This document shows, in pieces, positions 29,061 through 38,115 of a DNA stretch of 64,000 nucleotides. Made by a program: the position numbers and the translations under genes. This DNA is from Candidatus Yanofskybacteria bacterium RIFCSPLOWO2_02_FULL_44_18. Its GTDB lineage: Bacteria > Patescibacteriota > Minisyncoccia > 2-02-FULL-40-12 > GWA2-44-9. The notes below the pieces were generated by a model. That model was not told the origin of the DNA. It saw only the letters and a list, made by a program, of their open reading frames with translations, and did not search any database. Positions within the stretch are counted from its first letter, which is position 1; every line of letters begins with the position of its first letter. Location: positions 40,700 to 104,699 of the forward strand of contig MGKT01000006.1 of the NCBI GenBank assembly GCA_001794755.1. Direction: 5' to 3'.

Positions 29061-29134
29061 ATCGGCTCCTAAAGGTACTGTGGGGTGAAATACCCCAATA
29101 TCTTATATTATATCATAATTTTATTAAAAACGCA

Positions 29135-29155
29135 AGAGCGCCGTGTGGGCGCTCT
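29135..29155 (-). terminator. Hairpin terminator after the small Cys protein
   Basis: agagcgcc-gtgtg-ggcgctct with nearby T-run on minus strand. Confidence 0.55.
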
Positions 29156-29162
29156 GTATGGG

Positions 29163-29327
29163 CTACATATTATCCTGTCCTTCTGATCCCCCGGCCATCG
29201 GCGTTGAGGATTCGTCGTGTCCCTCGGCGGACGGTTGCATCGTGCTCTCGCCACCGCACTTGGAACAATTCGCTACGGCTTCGACCGATTCTTCGGTATT
29301 GCCGCATGCTGTACATTTATACATCAT
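29163..29327 (-). CDS. Small CxxC-CxxC (zinc-ribbon/rubredoxin-like) protein with acidic tail, 54 aa
   Basis: Manual translation MMYKCTACGNTEESVEAVANCSKCGGESTMQPSAEGHDESSTPMAGGSEGQDNM; below the ORF-track size cut-off. Confidence 0.7.
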   Translation of the reverse strand: MMYKCTACGNTEESVEAVANCSKCGGESTMQPSAEGHDESSTPMAGGSEGQDNM

Positions 29328-29413
29328 TAGTTTTTCCGGTTAATTAAATATTGAACCGGCATTATATTTTATTTTTCGACGCAGTGTTTCTTATTATATC
29401 ACATATCTAGAAA

Positions 29414-30859
29414 TCAAGCCATATCCGTTTCCAGCTTCTCCTTTGACTTATGGGGCTTTTGTCCGCTAAGCCATTCTTTTATGACCATAGTCGCCCGAAC
29501 GTCATCTTCGTTGTATTTAAGAAGTTTTTGAAACATCTCATCGGAATGGCTGTTCAGCCATTCATTGTACCAGACCACCGATTCCGCTCCGCCGGCCTCG
29601 GGATCATTCCATGTATATCCGAAATATCCGGCCGTGTCTTTAAGGCTGTAGAAGTAGAGGGGAAGGACGACCGAATCAACGAGTTTGGCGTGCAGATCAA
29701 TCGTATTTTCCTTGAATTTATCAACCAAAGATTGGGGCGCCCCGTAGCGCAAAGCCAATCTGTCAAAAACCTGCCGCTCGTAATACGCATAATGATATAT
29801 GACAAAATCATCCAGACCGGTGAGAAAATCAAGAAATCCCCTCCAGATATCCGGCTCTTCCGATTTATCTTTGGCGAAAAAATATCTGTACTGGGTTTTA
29901 CCGGTTTCGGTGTTTTTTATCAGAAATCCGAGAAGATAATCTATGTCGTGAGTAGGATCGCTCTCTATGTCAAAATAGACTTCATTTTTGACTGCCGGAA
30001 AACTGGACTTGGCCAATATCTTTGTCTCATTTGTTATTAAGGACTTGGCCTGATTGGAAAACCTGACAATCTTATCGAATGGCCAATCTTCTAGCTTATT
30101 TCTCAATTCTTCAATATCGGCATTCGCCAAATCATCCACTGTCTTGATTCCGATATCATATAGCCGTCTTTGGTCGGACTGGCTGACTTTGTGCACCAGA
30201 GAAACATCGTTGCAGCCTTGAGTTTCGGCCAGGCATATTGAATACCAAGGGGTGCGGCGGCAGCCGGATTTCAGAAACGGAGCCGGCTTTTCGCCGTTTA
30301 GTATTTTCTGGATTTGATTTCTGGTCAGATGAAACTGGTCAAGATAGTCGTCAATTAAAAATGAGCGCTCGTTGCCTTGAGGATCGATGACATAAGCTTC
30401 TTTGGGCCGCGTGCCCTGCAGCCGCTCCAGAATCAGACTGTAGAATATAAGCTGAAATTTGTAATCGTCGCCCAAATCCAACGATCTCTGGGCATCGTAT
30501 ACGACATATTCCCAATTCCCGAAATTTGATTTCCCTGGCCGAGCTTCAAGCAAATCAGGCATGCCCACCCAATCCTTATCCATTAACACGCCATGATAAA
30601 TATTTTTCCCCTGTTTCATCAGATCCAGCGTCGCTATCAAAGCTTCGTCGAGGTCTTGAAGCATTTCCGGCTTTATTATTTCAAACTGCTTGTGATTGCT
30701 CAACACATTATGGGCGTCAATCATTTTCCCTTTATGTATCAAATCCAAAAGGGGCGGCACTTTCTTTTTCTTTTCGGCATCGCCGTATATGTCATACCAA
30801 ATCCAGTGCGGACACTGGAAAAACTTATAGAAATGTTCAGCGGTGAGTTTTTGTTCCAT
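29414..30859 (-). CDS. TM0106-family RecB-like nuclease with C-terminal RNase H-like domain
   Basis: GMPDLLE, YFDIESDP, IYHYAYYE, YSLKD, YNEDDVRAT. Confidence 0.85.
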   Translation of the reverse strand: MEQKLTAEHFYKFFQCPHWIWYDIYGDAEKKKKVPPLLDLIHKGKMIDAHNVLSNHKQFEIIKPEMLQDLDEALIATLDLMKQGKNIYHGVLMDKDWVGMPDLLEARPGKSNFGNWEYVVYDAQRSLDLGDDYKFQLIFYSLILERLQGTRPKEAYVIDPQGNERSFLIDDYLDQFHLTRNQIQKILNGEKPAPFLKSGCRRTPWYSICLAETQGCNDVSLVHKVSQSDQRRLYDIGIKTVDDLANADIEELRNKLEDWPFDKIVRFSNQAKSLITNETKILAKSSFPAVKNEVYFDIESDPTHDIDYLLGFLIKNTETGKTQYRYFFAKDKSEEPDIWRGFLDFLTGLDDFVIYHYAYYERQVFDRLALRYGAPQSLVDKFKENTIDLHAKLVDSVVLPLYFYSLKDTAGYFGYTWNDPEAGGAESVVWYNEWLNSHSDEMFQKLLKYNEDDVRATMVIKEWLSGQKPHKSKEKLETDMA

Positions 30860-31596
30860 TATTCTTCTGGTATTAATAAATAATCTTGATCTGTTTCAGT
30901 CGCGTGGGATACGGGCAGGTGTCCAGACGCTCGAATAACATAATTGCAATGCTCACAAGTTGGACTGGCCTGGGGCGCTTCTTCTTGTCTGGCCGCATGG
31001 ACAGCTTGGTTGAATGTATTCTCGATCCAGCTTGGGTTTACACCCACTCTTCTCAACTCTTCTTTGAAGGGCAGGGAATTTTGAAATCCACCGCCGTCTT
31101 TCTGGACAACATAGAAAACAAAGTAAGCGTGGGGCTGGGTGGCGAATCCATTTTTTCCCAAAAGATAAGTGTAAACGTCCATTTGTTTCTGATAGTCATC
31201 GTAAATCCTGATTTCCCTCGAACCGGATGATTTGTAATCCACGACTGCCAAAGAGCCGTCCGAAAATTCTAAAACATCATCAACCGCTCCGTATAATCGC
31301 GCGTTAAGCTCCTCATCAAAAAATGAAACGCCTTTAAAATTATTGCGCCATTCGGTAAGTTCCGGGCCTGAATACAATTTGGCATCAATATTTTCAAAAA
31401 CGGCTGGCAGTTCGCCTCGTTCACGATATTTATCGAATTCTTGTTTGACTAAATAATCCACTGCCGCCGACAGCGTATAGGGATATCCGGGCGGCCTCTT
31501 TATTTTATGGTGCAAATCAAGCCAAAAACACTTCGGACACTCTTGAAAAAGTTTCAGGCCACTGCGCGATATTTTTAACGGATTACTAATCATCAC
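30859..31596 (-). CDS. PD-(D/E)XK nuclease family protein
   Basis: ISRSGL..FQECPKCF, GAVDD, VVDYKS, QMDVY, CEHC. Confidence 0.85.
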   Translation of the reverse strand: MMISNPLKISRSGLKLFQECPKCFWLDLHHKIKRPPGYPYTLSAAVDYLVKQEFDKYRERGELPAVFENIDAKLYSGPELTEWRNNFKGVSFFDEELNARLYGAVDDVLEFSDGSLAVVDYKSSGSREIRIYDDYQKQMDVYTYLLGKNGFATQPHAYFVFYVVQKDGGGFQNSLPFKEELRRVGVNPSWIENTFNQAVHAARQEEAPQASPTCEHCNYVIRASGHLPVSHATETDQDYLLIPEE

Positions 31597-31624
31597 ATAT
31601 TATCATGATACTCTATTTTATTTC

Positions 31625-34267
31625 CTATTTCCCATGACACTTTTTATATTTCAATCCCGAACCGCAGGGACAGGGATCATTTCGGCCGACATTCGCGAAT
31701 TTCGGATCTGAAATATTTGGGTTTTCAGATTTGTTTGTTTCAAGATTTTTAATTTCCGACGGCTGATTGTCAGTCTGTATGTTTATTTTAAATATAATAT
31801 TCGCGACATTGGCTCGGATTGTTCCCAGCAGTTCTTGGAATAATTTTTGGGCTTCTGTCTTGTATTCAACCAGCGGATCTCTCTGGCCATACGCCCGCAG
31901 CTGAACCGAATCCCTTAAATGCTGCATCGTTTCAATATGCTCCATCCATATTTCATCTATACTCCGCAGTAAAACATAGTTTTCTGCTTTGCGCATATTT
32001 TCTTCCCCCAACCCTTTTTCTTTTTTTACATACATTGCATCGGCTTTGCCTGTCAGAAATGCCAGCATCTCCTTATCGCCTTCTTTATATTTATCTTCTA
32101 TGTCACCGAGCAGAGATTCATTATTTCCAGTCAATGCCCTGAATGACTCGTCAATTTCCTTTAAATTCGTATTCTCTTCTGGGGCAATACCGGCTGACGC
32201 GTGAAATTGTATTAATTTTTCCAGATACTCTTGAACGCAATCAACTACCAGCTGTCTGTTGTTTTCAGAAAACAAGACTTGCCTTCTGAAAGCATAAACG
32301 GCTTCCCTGTGCTTGTTCATCACGTCATCGTATTCTAGGACGTGCTTTCTTGAATCAAAATGAAAACCCTCAATCCTGGATTGAGCCTGTTCAATGGCTT
32401 TGGATACGAATTTGTTTTCTATAACGTCATCGTCGCCGACACCGAGTCGGTTCATGATGCTTTTTAACCTGTCCCCTCCGAATACGCGAGCCAGATTATC
32501 CTCCGTTGATACGAAAAATTGCGAAGAGCCCGGATCGCCTTGGCGGCCGGCCCGGCCTCTTAATTGATTGTCTATTCGGCGGGCCTCGTGTCTTTCCGTG
32601 CCTACAACATGAAGACCCCCGAGCATTCGAATTTTTTCAGCTTCTTCGTTATCGGCCGGATTGCCGCCAAGAATAATATCTACGCCTCGGCCTGCCATAT
32701 TCGTAGCTACAGTTACAGCGCCGACTCTGCCGGCCTGGGCTATGATCTGGGCCTCCTGCTCGTGATTCTTGGCATTTAATATCTGATGGGCTATTCCTTC
32801 TCTTTTCAAAAGACTGCCCAGCAATTCATTTTTTTCTATGGAAACCGTTCCGACAAGAACCGGCTGGCCTTTTTCATTTCTTTCCTTTATTTCTCCGACC
32901 ACTGCTTTGAATTTTCCCTGCTCCGTTTTGTAAATCCTGTCCGGCAAATCTTTTCTTATCAACGGTTTATTCGTGGGTATAGAAACAACATCAAGCTTGT
33001 ATACTTTATGAAATTCTTCGGCCGAAGTTCTGGCCGTTCCGGTCATGCCGGCCAGCTTTTTGTACAATCTGAAATAGTTTTGAAAAGTGACCGTGGCCAA
33101 AGTCCTGGATTCTTTTTGAACCATTACATCCTCTTTGGCTTCGATGGCCTGATGAAGGCCGTCCGACCAGCGGCGGCCCGGCATGAGCCGGCCGGTAAAT
33201 TCATCTACGATTATCACTTCTCCGTCTTTGACGACATAGTCACGATCCCGCTTGAATATAATCTGGGCTTTTAAAGCTTGCTCCAGATGATGGACAAGAC
33301 GGATTCCACCCTCGCTGTAAATATCTTTCATGCCCAGTTTCCTCTCGACTTTTTCAATACCCTTTTCCGTAATTGAAACGGCTTTTTGTTTTTCATCCAC
33401 GTTATAATCTTCATTTTCTTTTAAATCAGGAATTACCCGGGCGAACGTCTGGTAGAGTTTTCCGGAATCCTCGTCGGGCATTGAAATAATGAGCGGCGTT
33501 CTGGCTTCGTCGATTAATATCGAATCGACTTCGTCGACAATCGCAAAGGCGTGTTCTCTTTGAACCATGTCATCTTTGGTTTGGACGAGATTGTCGCGGA
33601 GATAATCAAAACCATATTCGTTGTTCGTGCCGTAAATGATATCGGCCTTGTACGCTTGAGCTTTTAATACTGGCCTTAAAAATTCATGCACGATTTTAAA
33701 TCCGCCCTCCGCGTCCCTTTCCTTATCCAAAGGATCGGAGGGATTTTGATGAGTCGGATCATATACGTAGCTCTCAGAGTGAGTAATACAGCCTGTCGTC
33801 AGACCCAAAGCATGATATATCTCGCCCATCCACGCCGCATCGCGCATGGCCAGATATTCGTTAACTGTCACCAAATGAACACCCTTGCCTTCGAGTGCGT
33901 TCAGATACGCAGGCAGAGTGGCGACGAGGGTTTTTCCTTCGCCTGTTTTCATTTCAGCGATGCCGCCGCGGTGCAAAACAATGCCGCCCATGAGCTGGAC
34001 GTCGAAATGCCTCTGGCCGAGAGTGCGTTTTGCCGCCTCGCGGACGGCGGCGAAAGCTTCGGGCAAGATTGAATCCAGCGTTTCAGGAACTCCTTTGGCG
34101 TCAGTTGAGGGATTAAGCCGCCGGTTGAATTCCGCCGTTTTGTCTTTCAGCTCCGAATCTGAAAATTTCCCAAAGTCATTCTCTAGGTTATTAATCTTTT
34201 GGACGATAGGTTTGAGAGAATCTGTGTACTTCTGATTCGCGTCGCCGAAAATTTTTAATAAAAACAT
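31625..34267 (-). CDS. secA: Preprotein translocase ATPase SecA
   Basis: EMKTGEGKT, DEVDSILIDEARTPLIIS, ATNMAGRG, QLRGRAGRQGDPG, SEC-C GRNDPCPCGSG.KYKKCHG. Confidence 0.98.
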   Translation of the reverse strand: MFLLKIFGDANQKYTDSLKPIVQKINNLENDFGKFSDSELKDKTAEFNRRLNPSTDAKGVPETLDSILPEAFAAVREAAKRTLGQRHFDVQLMGGIVLHRGGIAEMKTGEGKTLVATLPAYLNALEGKGVHLVTVNEYLAMRDAAWMGEIYHALGLTTGCITHSESYVYDPTHQNPSDPLDKERDAEGGFKIVHEFLRPVLKAQAYKADIIYGTNNEYGFDYLRDNLVQTKDDMVQREHAFAIVDEVDSILIDEARTPLIISMPDEDSGKLYQTFARVIPDLKENEDYNVDEKQKAVSITEKGIEKVERKLGMKDIYSEGGIRLVHHLEQALKAQIIFKRDRDYVVKDGEVIIVDEFTGRLMPGRRWSDGLHQAIEAKEDVMVQKESRTLATVTFQNYFRLYKKLAGMTGTARTSAEEFHKVYKLDVVSIPTNKPLIRKDLPDRIYKTEQGKFKAVVGEIKERNEKGQPVLVGTVSIEKNELLGSLLKREGIAHQILNAKNHEQEAQIIAQAGRVGAVTVATNMAGRGVDIILGGNPADNEEAEKIRMLGGLHVVGTERHEARRIDNQLRGRAGRQGDPGSSQFFVSTEDNLARVFGGDRLKSIMNRLGVGDDDVIENKFVSKAIEQAQSRIEGFHFDSRKHVLEYDDVMNKHREAVYAFRRQVLFSENNRQLVVDCVQEYLEKLIQFHASAGIAPEENTNLKEIDESFRALTGNNESLLGDIEDKYKEGDKEMLAFLTGKADAMYVKKEKGLGEENMRKAENYVLLRSIDEIWMEHIETMQHLRDSVQLRAYGQRDPLVEYKTEAQKLFQELLGTIRANVANIIFKINIQTDNQPSEIKNLETNKSENPNISDPKFANVGRNDPCPCGSGLKYKKCHGK

Positions 34268-34268
34268 T

Positions 34269-34598
34269 TTATTTTTTAGGCTGGCGTTCGGAGTCTGAGC
34301 GCTTTTCTTTAAATTTCTTGATCTGGATTTTTAACTCGTTTCTGACATCAACAATCGCGGAACGGATATCGATATGATAGGCTTCGGCTCTTAACAGCGT
34401 GCGTCCGATTTTTAAGTTCGCTTCGGCGTAAAAAACGTAGCCCTTAGCATGATGCTTTGAGGGGCGGCTGACTTCAACTTTTATTTCCATCGGCCAATCT
34501 TTAATAATTTTAAGAACCGAGCCGATTTTCTGATTGATAAAAACCTCAAGGGGCGGAGTTAATTTGATGTTTTTTGCGTTTATAATTATTCCATTCAT
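34269..34598 (-). CDS. raiA: Ribosome hibernation factor (short HPF/RaiA)
   Basis: S30AE-like pattern NIKLTPPL..FINQKI, AEANL, LRAEA..DIRSAI; directly upstream of secA. Confidence 0.85.
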   Translation of the reverse strand: MNGIIINAKNIKLTPPLEVFINQKIGSVLKIIKDWPMEIKVEVSRPSKHHAKGYVFYAEANLKIGRTLLRAEAYHIDIRSAIVDVRNELKIQIKKFKEKRSDSERQPKK

Positions 34599-34625
34599 GT
34601 TCTTATTTTATCACCATTTCAACCA

Positions 34626-34656
34626 AAAAGAAACCCCGAAAATCGGGGTTTCTTTT
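34626..34656. terminator. Strong intrinsic terminator
   Basis: aaaagaaaccccga-aaa-tcggggtttctttt. Confidence 0.85.
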
Positions 34657-34671
34657 GAAGTGGAGAGAAGC

Positions 34672-34719
34672 TTATCTTCTCTTCTTTGCCTTCTTTGCTT
34701 TCTTTGCTTTCTTTGCCAT
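34672..34719 (-). CDS. Putative 15-aa Lys/Ala-rich micropeptide MAKKAKKAKKAKKRR
   Basis: ATG..TAA with synonymous AAA/AAG variation; lies between a predicted promoter and a terminator. Confidence 0.6.
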   Translation of the reverse strand: MAKKAKKAKKAKKRR

Positions 34720-34844
34720 TTATTAGACAGGCAATGGAATTTTGAAATTCAATTTTTGAATTGTTAGTTCCAAATACCTTCTTGTGTGCGGCAGACGACC
34801 AACCCGCCGCTAATTTTTTTTAAAAAATTATTTTTCCTACTTAC

Positions 34845-34874
34845 ATTTTAATATATTCAACGAAACGAGTGCAA
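34845..34874 (-). promoter_or_regulatory. Putative sigma70 promoter for the micropeptide transcript
   Basis: TTGCAC-18 nt-TAAAAT on minus strand. Confidence 0.55.
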
Positions 34875-34880
34875 TGAAAA

Positions 34881-34973
34881 AGTGGATAACTAGAGCAGAG
34901 AAGTTTCTTAATCGCCCGCGAGGGTCCCTTTAGGGATACGCGTTGGCGATTAGAATCTCTGTCAGCGTCCACT
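34881..34973. other. Long imperfect intergenic hairpin (about 93 nt)
   Basis: Nested pairings agtgga/tccact, cagaga/tctctg, taatcgcc/ggcgatta, cgcg/cgcg, tccct/aggga. Confidence 0.6.
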
Positions 34974-35010
34974 AAAAAGTTTCGCGGAAGAAAATTAAGA
35001 TTAAATGAAT

Positions 35011-36657
35011 TTACCGGGTGATATCTGATCCGGTTTTGTATGCGTTGAGCTCGTGCTCGTTAATAATGAATATTGAATTCCAATCGCGGCCTGTTTCGGT
35101 AAACGTATTCGCGCTCATGCGCAGCCAGTGCTTCGTGCCATCCGGCCAAACAGCATAAACTTTTTGATCGTTGACGTAGCGGACATAATTCGCGCTTATG
35201 TACGAATCAAAAGTTTTGGAATCCAAAACTATTGCCTTGGTCGGATCCAGATGTCCGTACATTTTAATAATCTCGGGCCTTAGATATCGCTTGTATCTGC
35301 CTTCAATTACATATAACTCTGGTTCGCCTTGTTTATGAACCAGCATGCCGTTTTCCAGAGTAACTCCGAAAAGGCCGGTGGGCATTTCATCGGTATAAGA
35401 CAAACTGACCGATAAATTGCGGCTCCCGGTTTGATCATGAAAAGGTATAAGTAAAAAGTTCCGAAGAGCGCCGTCAGAAGGATTGGTGACGAATGCCGGG
35501 CTTGTAATCAGTCCGAGCCGGCCAAGATTGTCCACGTACATTATTTTCATACCCGCGTCGAACGTTATCTTAATCGCCTTTTTGTTATCGGAATCATTGT
35601 ATATCTGATGCCAGTAAGCCTGCCACGGGCCCAGTGTGTAAGAAAAATTATAACTCGTGCCCTCCGTGACCGACGTTGATCGCGTCGGACCGATTTTGAT
35701 ATTTTTCAAAATATCCTGCTTATACGTCAAACGCGGATCCAGACTGGGCGAATTAAAATAATTCGCCGCCGCCCAAAGGCCGAAAATGTCTTCGAATCTT
35801 TCTTTGTAGCCGTGTCGGGCCAGAAAGTCGTTTATGGAAGACGCTCCCCGCCCGGAACTGAAAATGGTTTCTTTAAGGATATCCGGATAGTGGCCGGCAA
35901 TATAGCGGCCGAACAATGCGACTTGGGAATAATCCAAAGACACATTGGGCCATTCGGTTAAGCTATCTGAGGGCGATTGTTTGAACGACTCAATCCGCTT
36001 GGCCAGAACCGAATCAGCCGACTGCGAGCTGTACCCGATGACGTCTGACGCATATTCCGACCTTAATTCATTAAGCCAAACTTCCTCATCAACCTGATAT
36101 TTATTTTCCTTCTGGGCGAAGGAAATTAAATGCTGAAATTCATGGCCCAGGAAAATATTAATCTGCGGGTTAAATGCGGAATCGGCGTTCAAATACAGCA
36201 TTTCACGCTGGTTAGAACCGGGCGCTTCTGATCGCGCGTAACCGTTAATGGTCAAAAAATATCCCCCGAATCCCGATTTCATATCTTCAATCAAAACAGT
36301 TATGCGCGGATCCCCGTCAATGCCGGGGTTTTCTTCAAATCCCCAATAATTTGTGCTCTTGGGGTATATCAACTCGTCAAACTCATTGGAAAGTTTTGAG
36401 ATTGCGTCGGAAAAACGGCTTTGGCCCGAGGGCGTAAGATCGGTCCAATATTTATCATCAACATAAAAGTAGGCCTTATCGCTTATGGCTCGCAATGTCG
36501 CGTTTATTTGAGATCTTCCGCTTGCGTCGTATTGAGCGTTAGTGGAAAATTGGGTTCTTTGGCCAAGAGTATCGGCAAAAGCGTCACCGACATTAAACAA
36601 CAAAGGCACGGTAAGTGCCAGACACAAAACGAATACTTTTAGATTTCTTTTTACCAC
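35011..36657 (-). CDS. Secreted zinc metallopeptidase-like protein with C-terminal repeat domain
   Basis: Signal peptide; GHEFQHLI followed by WLNE (gluzincin-like); two similar C-terminal modules ELYVIEGRYKRYL and KVYAVWPDGTKHWL. Confidence 0.75.
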   Translation of the reverse strand: MVKRNLKVFVLCLALTVPLLFNVGDAFADTLGQRTQFSTNAQYDASGRSQINATLRAISDKAYFYVDDKYWTDLTPSGQSRFSDAISKLSNEFDELIYPKSTNYWGFEENPGIDGDPRITVLIEDMKSGFGGYFLTINGYARSEAPGSNQREMLYLNADSAFNPQINIFLGHEFQHLISFAQKENKYQVDEEVWLNELRSEYASDVIGYSSQSADSVLAKRIESFKQSPSDSLTEWPNVSLDYSQVALFGRYIAGHYPDILKETIFSSGRGASSINDFLARHGYKERFEDIFGLWAAANYFNSPSLDPRLTYKQDILKNIKIGPTRSTSVTEGTSYNFSYTLGPWQAYWHQIYNDSDNKKAIKITFDAGMKIMYVDNLGRLGLITSPAFVTNPSDGALRNFLLIPFHDQTGSRNLSVSLSYTDEMPTGLFGVTLENGMLVHKQGEPELYVIEGRYKRYLRPEIIKMYGHLDPTKAIVLDSKTFDSYISANYVRYVNDQKVYAVWPDGTKHWLRMSANTFTETGRDWNSIFIINEHELNAYKTGSDITR

Positions 36658-36701
36658 GTTGTTATTTTATCTTATTTTGACCGGCACGTCGAATTGATTA
36701 A

Positions 36702-36730
36702 TTGACACATACCGAATATTGAGGTATATT
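36702..36730 (+). promoter_or_regulatory. Putative sigma70 promoter
   Basis: TTGACA-17 nt-TATATT. Confidence 0.65.
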
Positions 36731-36742
36731 TATTAGTAAATA

Positions 36743-38113
36743 ATGAAGAAATTCATACTCTTTTTTTCGGATCTTGCCGTTTTTTACTTGTCTCTCGTAC
36801 TCACCCTTGTAATACGCTACGGGGAAGTGACGGATTATATTTGGAATCTTCACTTTTTACCGTTCACGATTTTATTTCTGGTTTGGTTGATTGTCTATTA
36901 TATCACTGACCTTTATGAGGTAACTAATCTTAAAAATAATACGTTCTTCTACGAGAGTCTTCTTCGAGCCACGATTATCGCCAGCGCCATCGCCGTGATA
37001 TTTTTCTACCTGATTCCGATTTTTTCAATTACGCCGAAAACGAATCTTGTGATATTCATCATTGTCTACACCGTTCTGGAGGGGTTGAACCGAGCCTTTT
37101 CAAACTCGGTGCTAAGCACGCGATTCCGCCGGCCGTTGATTATTATCGGGCTGAATTCGCAGTCAGTCGAGCTTGCCCGTTTTATCAAGGCTCATCCCCA
37201 GCTTGGATATGAACTGCAGTATGTTGTCAGCCTCCATGATCCTTCAATCATCAACTTGCCGGAAAAACCGGACCATGAAGGCTTACCCATAATCCACGGC
37301 ATTCATAATTTGGAGCAAATTATTGATCGGGGAGCCGTCGCCGGAATCGTAATCAGCCCGGAGGCTTACCAGATTAACGACATTACGAATCTGCTGTATC
37401 GCTCTTTGGATCGAAATATTGTTTTTTATAATCTTTCTTTTTTTTATGAGAGGGTCACCGGACGAGTGCCGCTAGGCGCGATTAATCAGATTTGGTTTCT
37501 GGAAAATTTAAGCGAAAGAAAAAAGAAAACGTATGAATTTTTTAAAAGATCAGGCGACATTGTCCTGGCTTTGGTCGGTGGTCTAATATCGTTGGTTTTC
37601 TACCCATTCATCATCATGGCCATTAAATATACGTCGCCCGGCCCAGTATTTTACAATCAAAAAAGGGTCGGCTATTTGGGCCGTCAATTTACAATGACCA
37701 AATTCCGCACAATGAAGCACGGCGCGGAAAAGAAAACCGGGCCTGTCTGGGCCTCGGCCGATGATCCGAGAGTAACGATGGTTGGAGGGTTTTTGCGCCG
37801 AACCAGACTCGATGAATTGCCTCAGCTTTGGATGATATTAAAAGGCGAAATGTCTTTTGTCGGCCCTCGAGCCGAGCGGCCGGAATTCCAAAAAACACTG
37901 CAGATTAACGTTCCGTTTTATGAAGAGCGTTATCTGATTAAGCCGGGCCTGACCGGCTGGGCCCAGATTAACTATCACTACGGGTCATCTGTTAAGGATG
38001 CGGCTGAAAAATTACAGTACGATTTATATTACATCAAAAATCGTTCGATTATATTGGACATCGGCATAATTCTCAAGACAATCCGCATCGCGCTCCAGCA
38101 GTCCGGCCAGTAG
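36743..38113 (+). CDS. Polyprenyl glycosylphosphotransferase (WbaP/WcaJ-like initiating sugar transferase)
   Basis: KFRTM, DPRVT..G.FLR.TRLDELPQL, GEMSFVGPR.ERP, KPGLTGWAQ. Confidence 0.93.
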   Translation: MKKFILFFSDLAVFYLSLVLTLVIRYGEVTDYIWNLHFLPFTILFLVWLIVYYITDLYEVTNLKNNTFFYESLLRATIIASAIAVIFFYLIPIFSITPKTNLVIFIIVYTVLEGLNRAFSNSVLSTRFRRPLIIIGLNSQSVELARFIKAHPQLGYELQYVVSLHDPSIINLPEKPDHEGLPIIHGIHNLEQIIDRGAVAGIVISPEAYQINDITNLLYRSLDRNIVFYNLSFFYERVTGRVPLGAINQIWFLENLSERKKKTYEFFKRSGDIVLALVGGLISLVFYPFIIMAIKYTSPGPVFYNQKRVGYLGRQFTMTKFRTMKHGAEKKTGPVWASADDPRVTMVGGFLRRTRLDELPQLWMILKGEMSFVGPRAERPEFQKTLQINVPFYEERYLIKPGLTGWAQINYHYGSSVKDAAEKLQYDLYYIKNRSIILDIGIILKTIRIALQQSGQ

Positions 38114-38115
38114 AA

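Noticed and set aside
29024-29347. Plus-strand ORFs 29024-29347 and 29143-29343
   Set aside because: The minus-strand CxxC-CxxC frame with a terminator explains the region better
30859-31596. Cas4 call
   Set aside because: No cas1/cas2 or array in the window; Cys pattern does not match the full Cas4 arrangement
34534-34767. 77-aa plus-strand ORF with LCFLCFLC
   Set aside because: Antisense of the Lys/Ala peptide; it crosses a terminator and overlaps hpf
34881-34890. DnaA box / replication origin
   Set aside because: One mismatched box only, no cluster and no dnaA nearby
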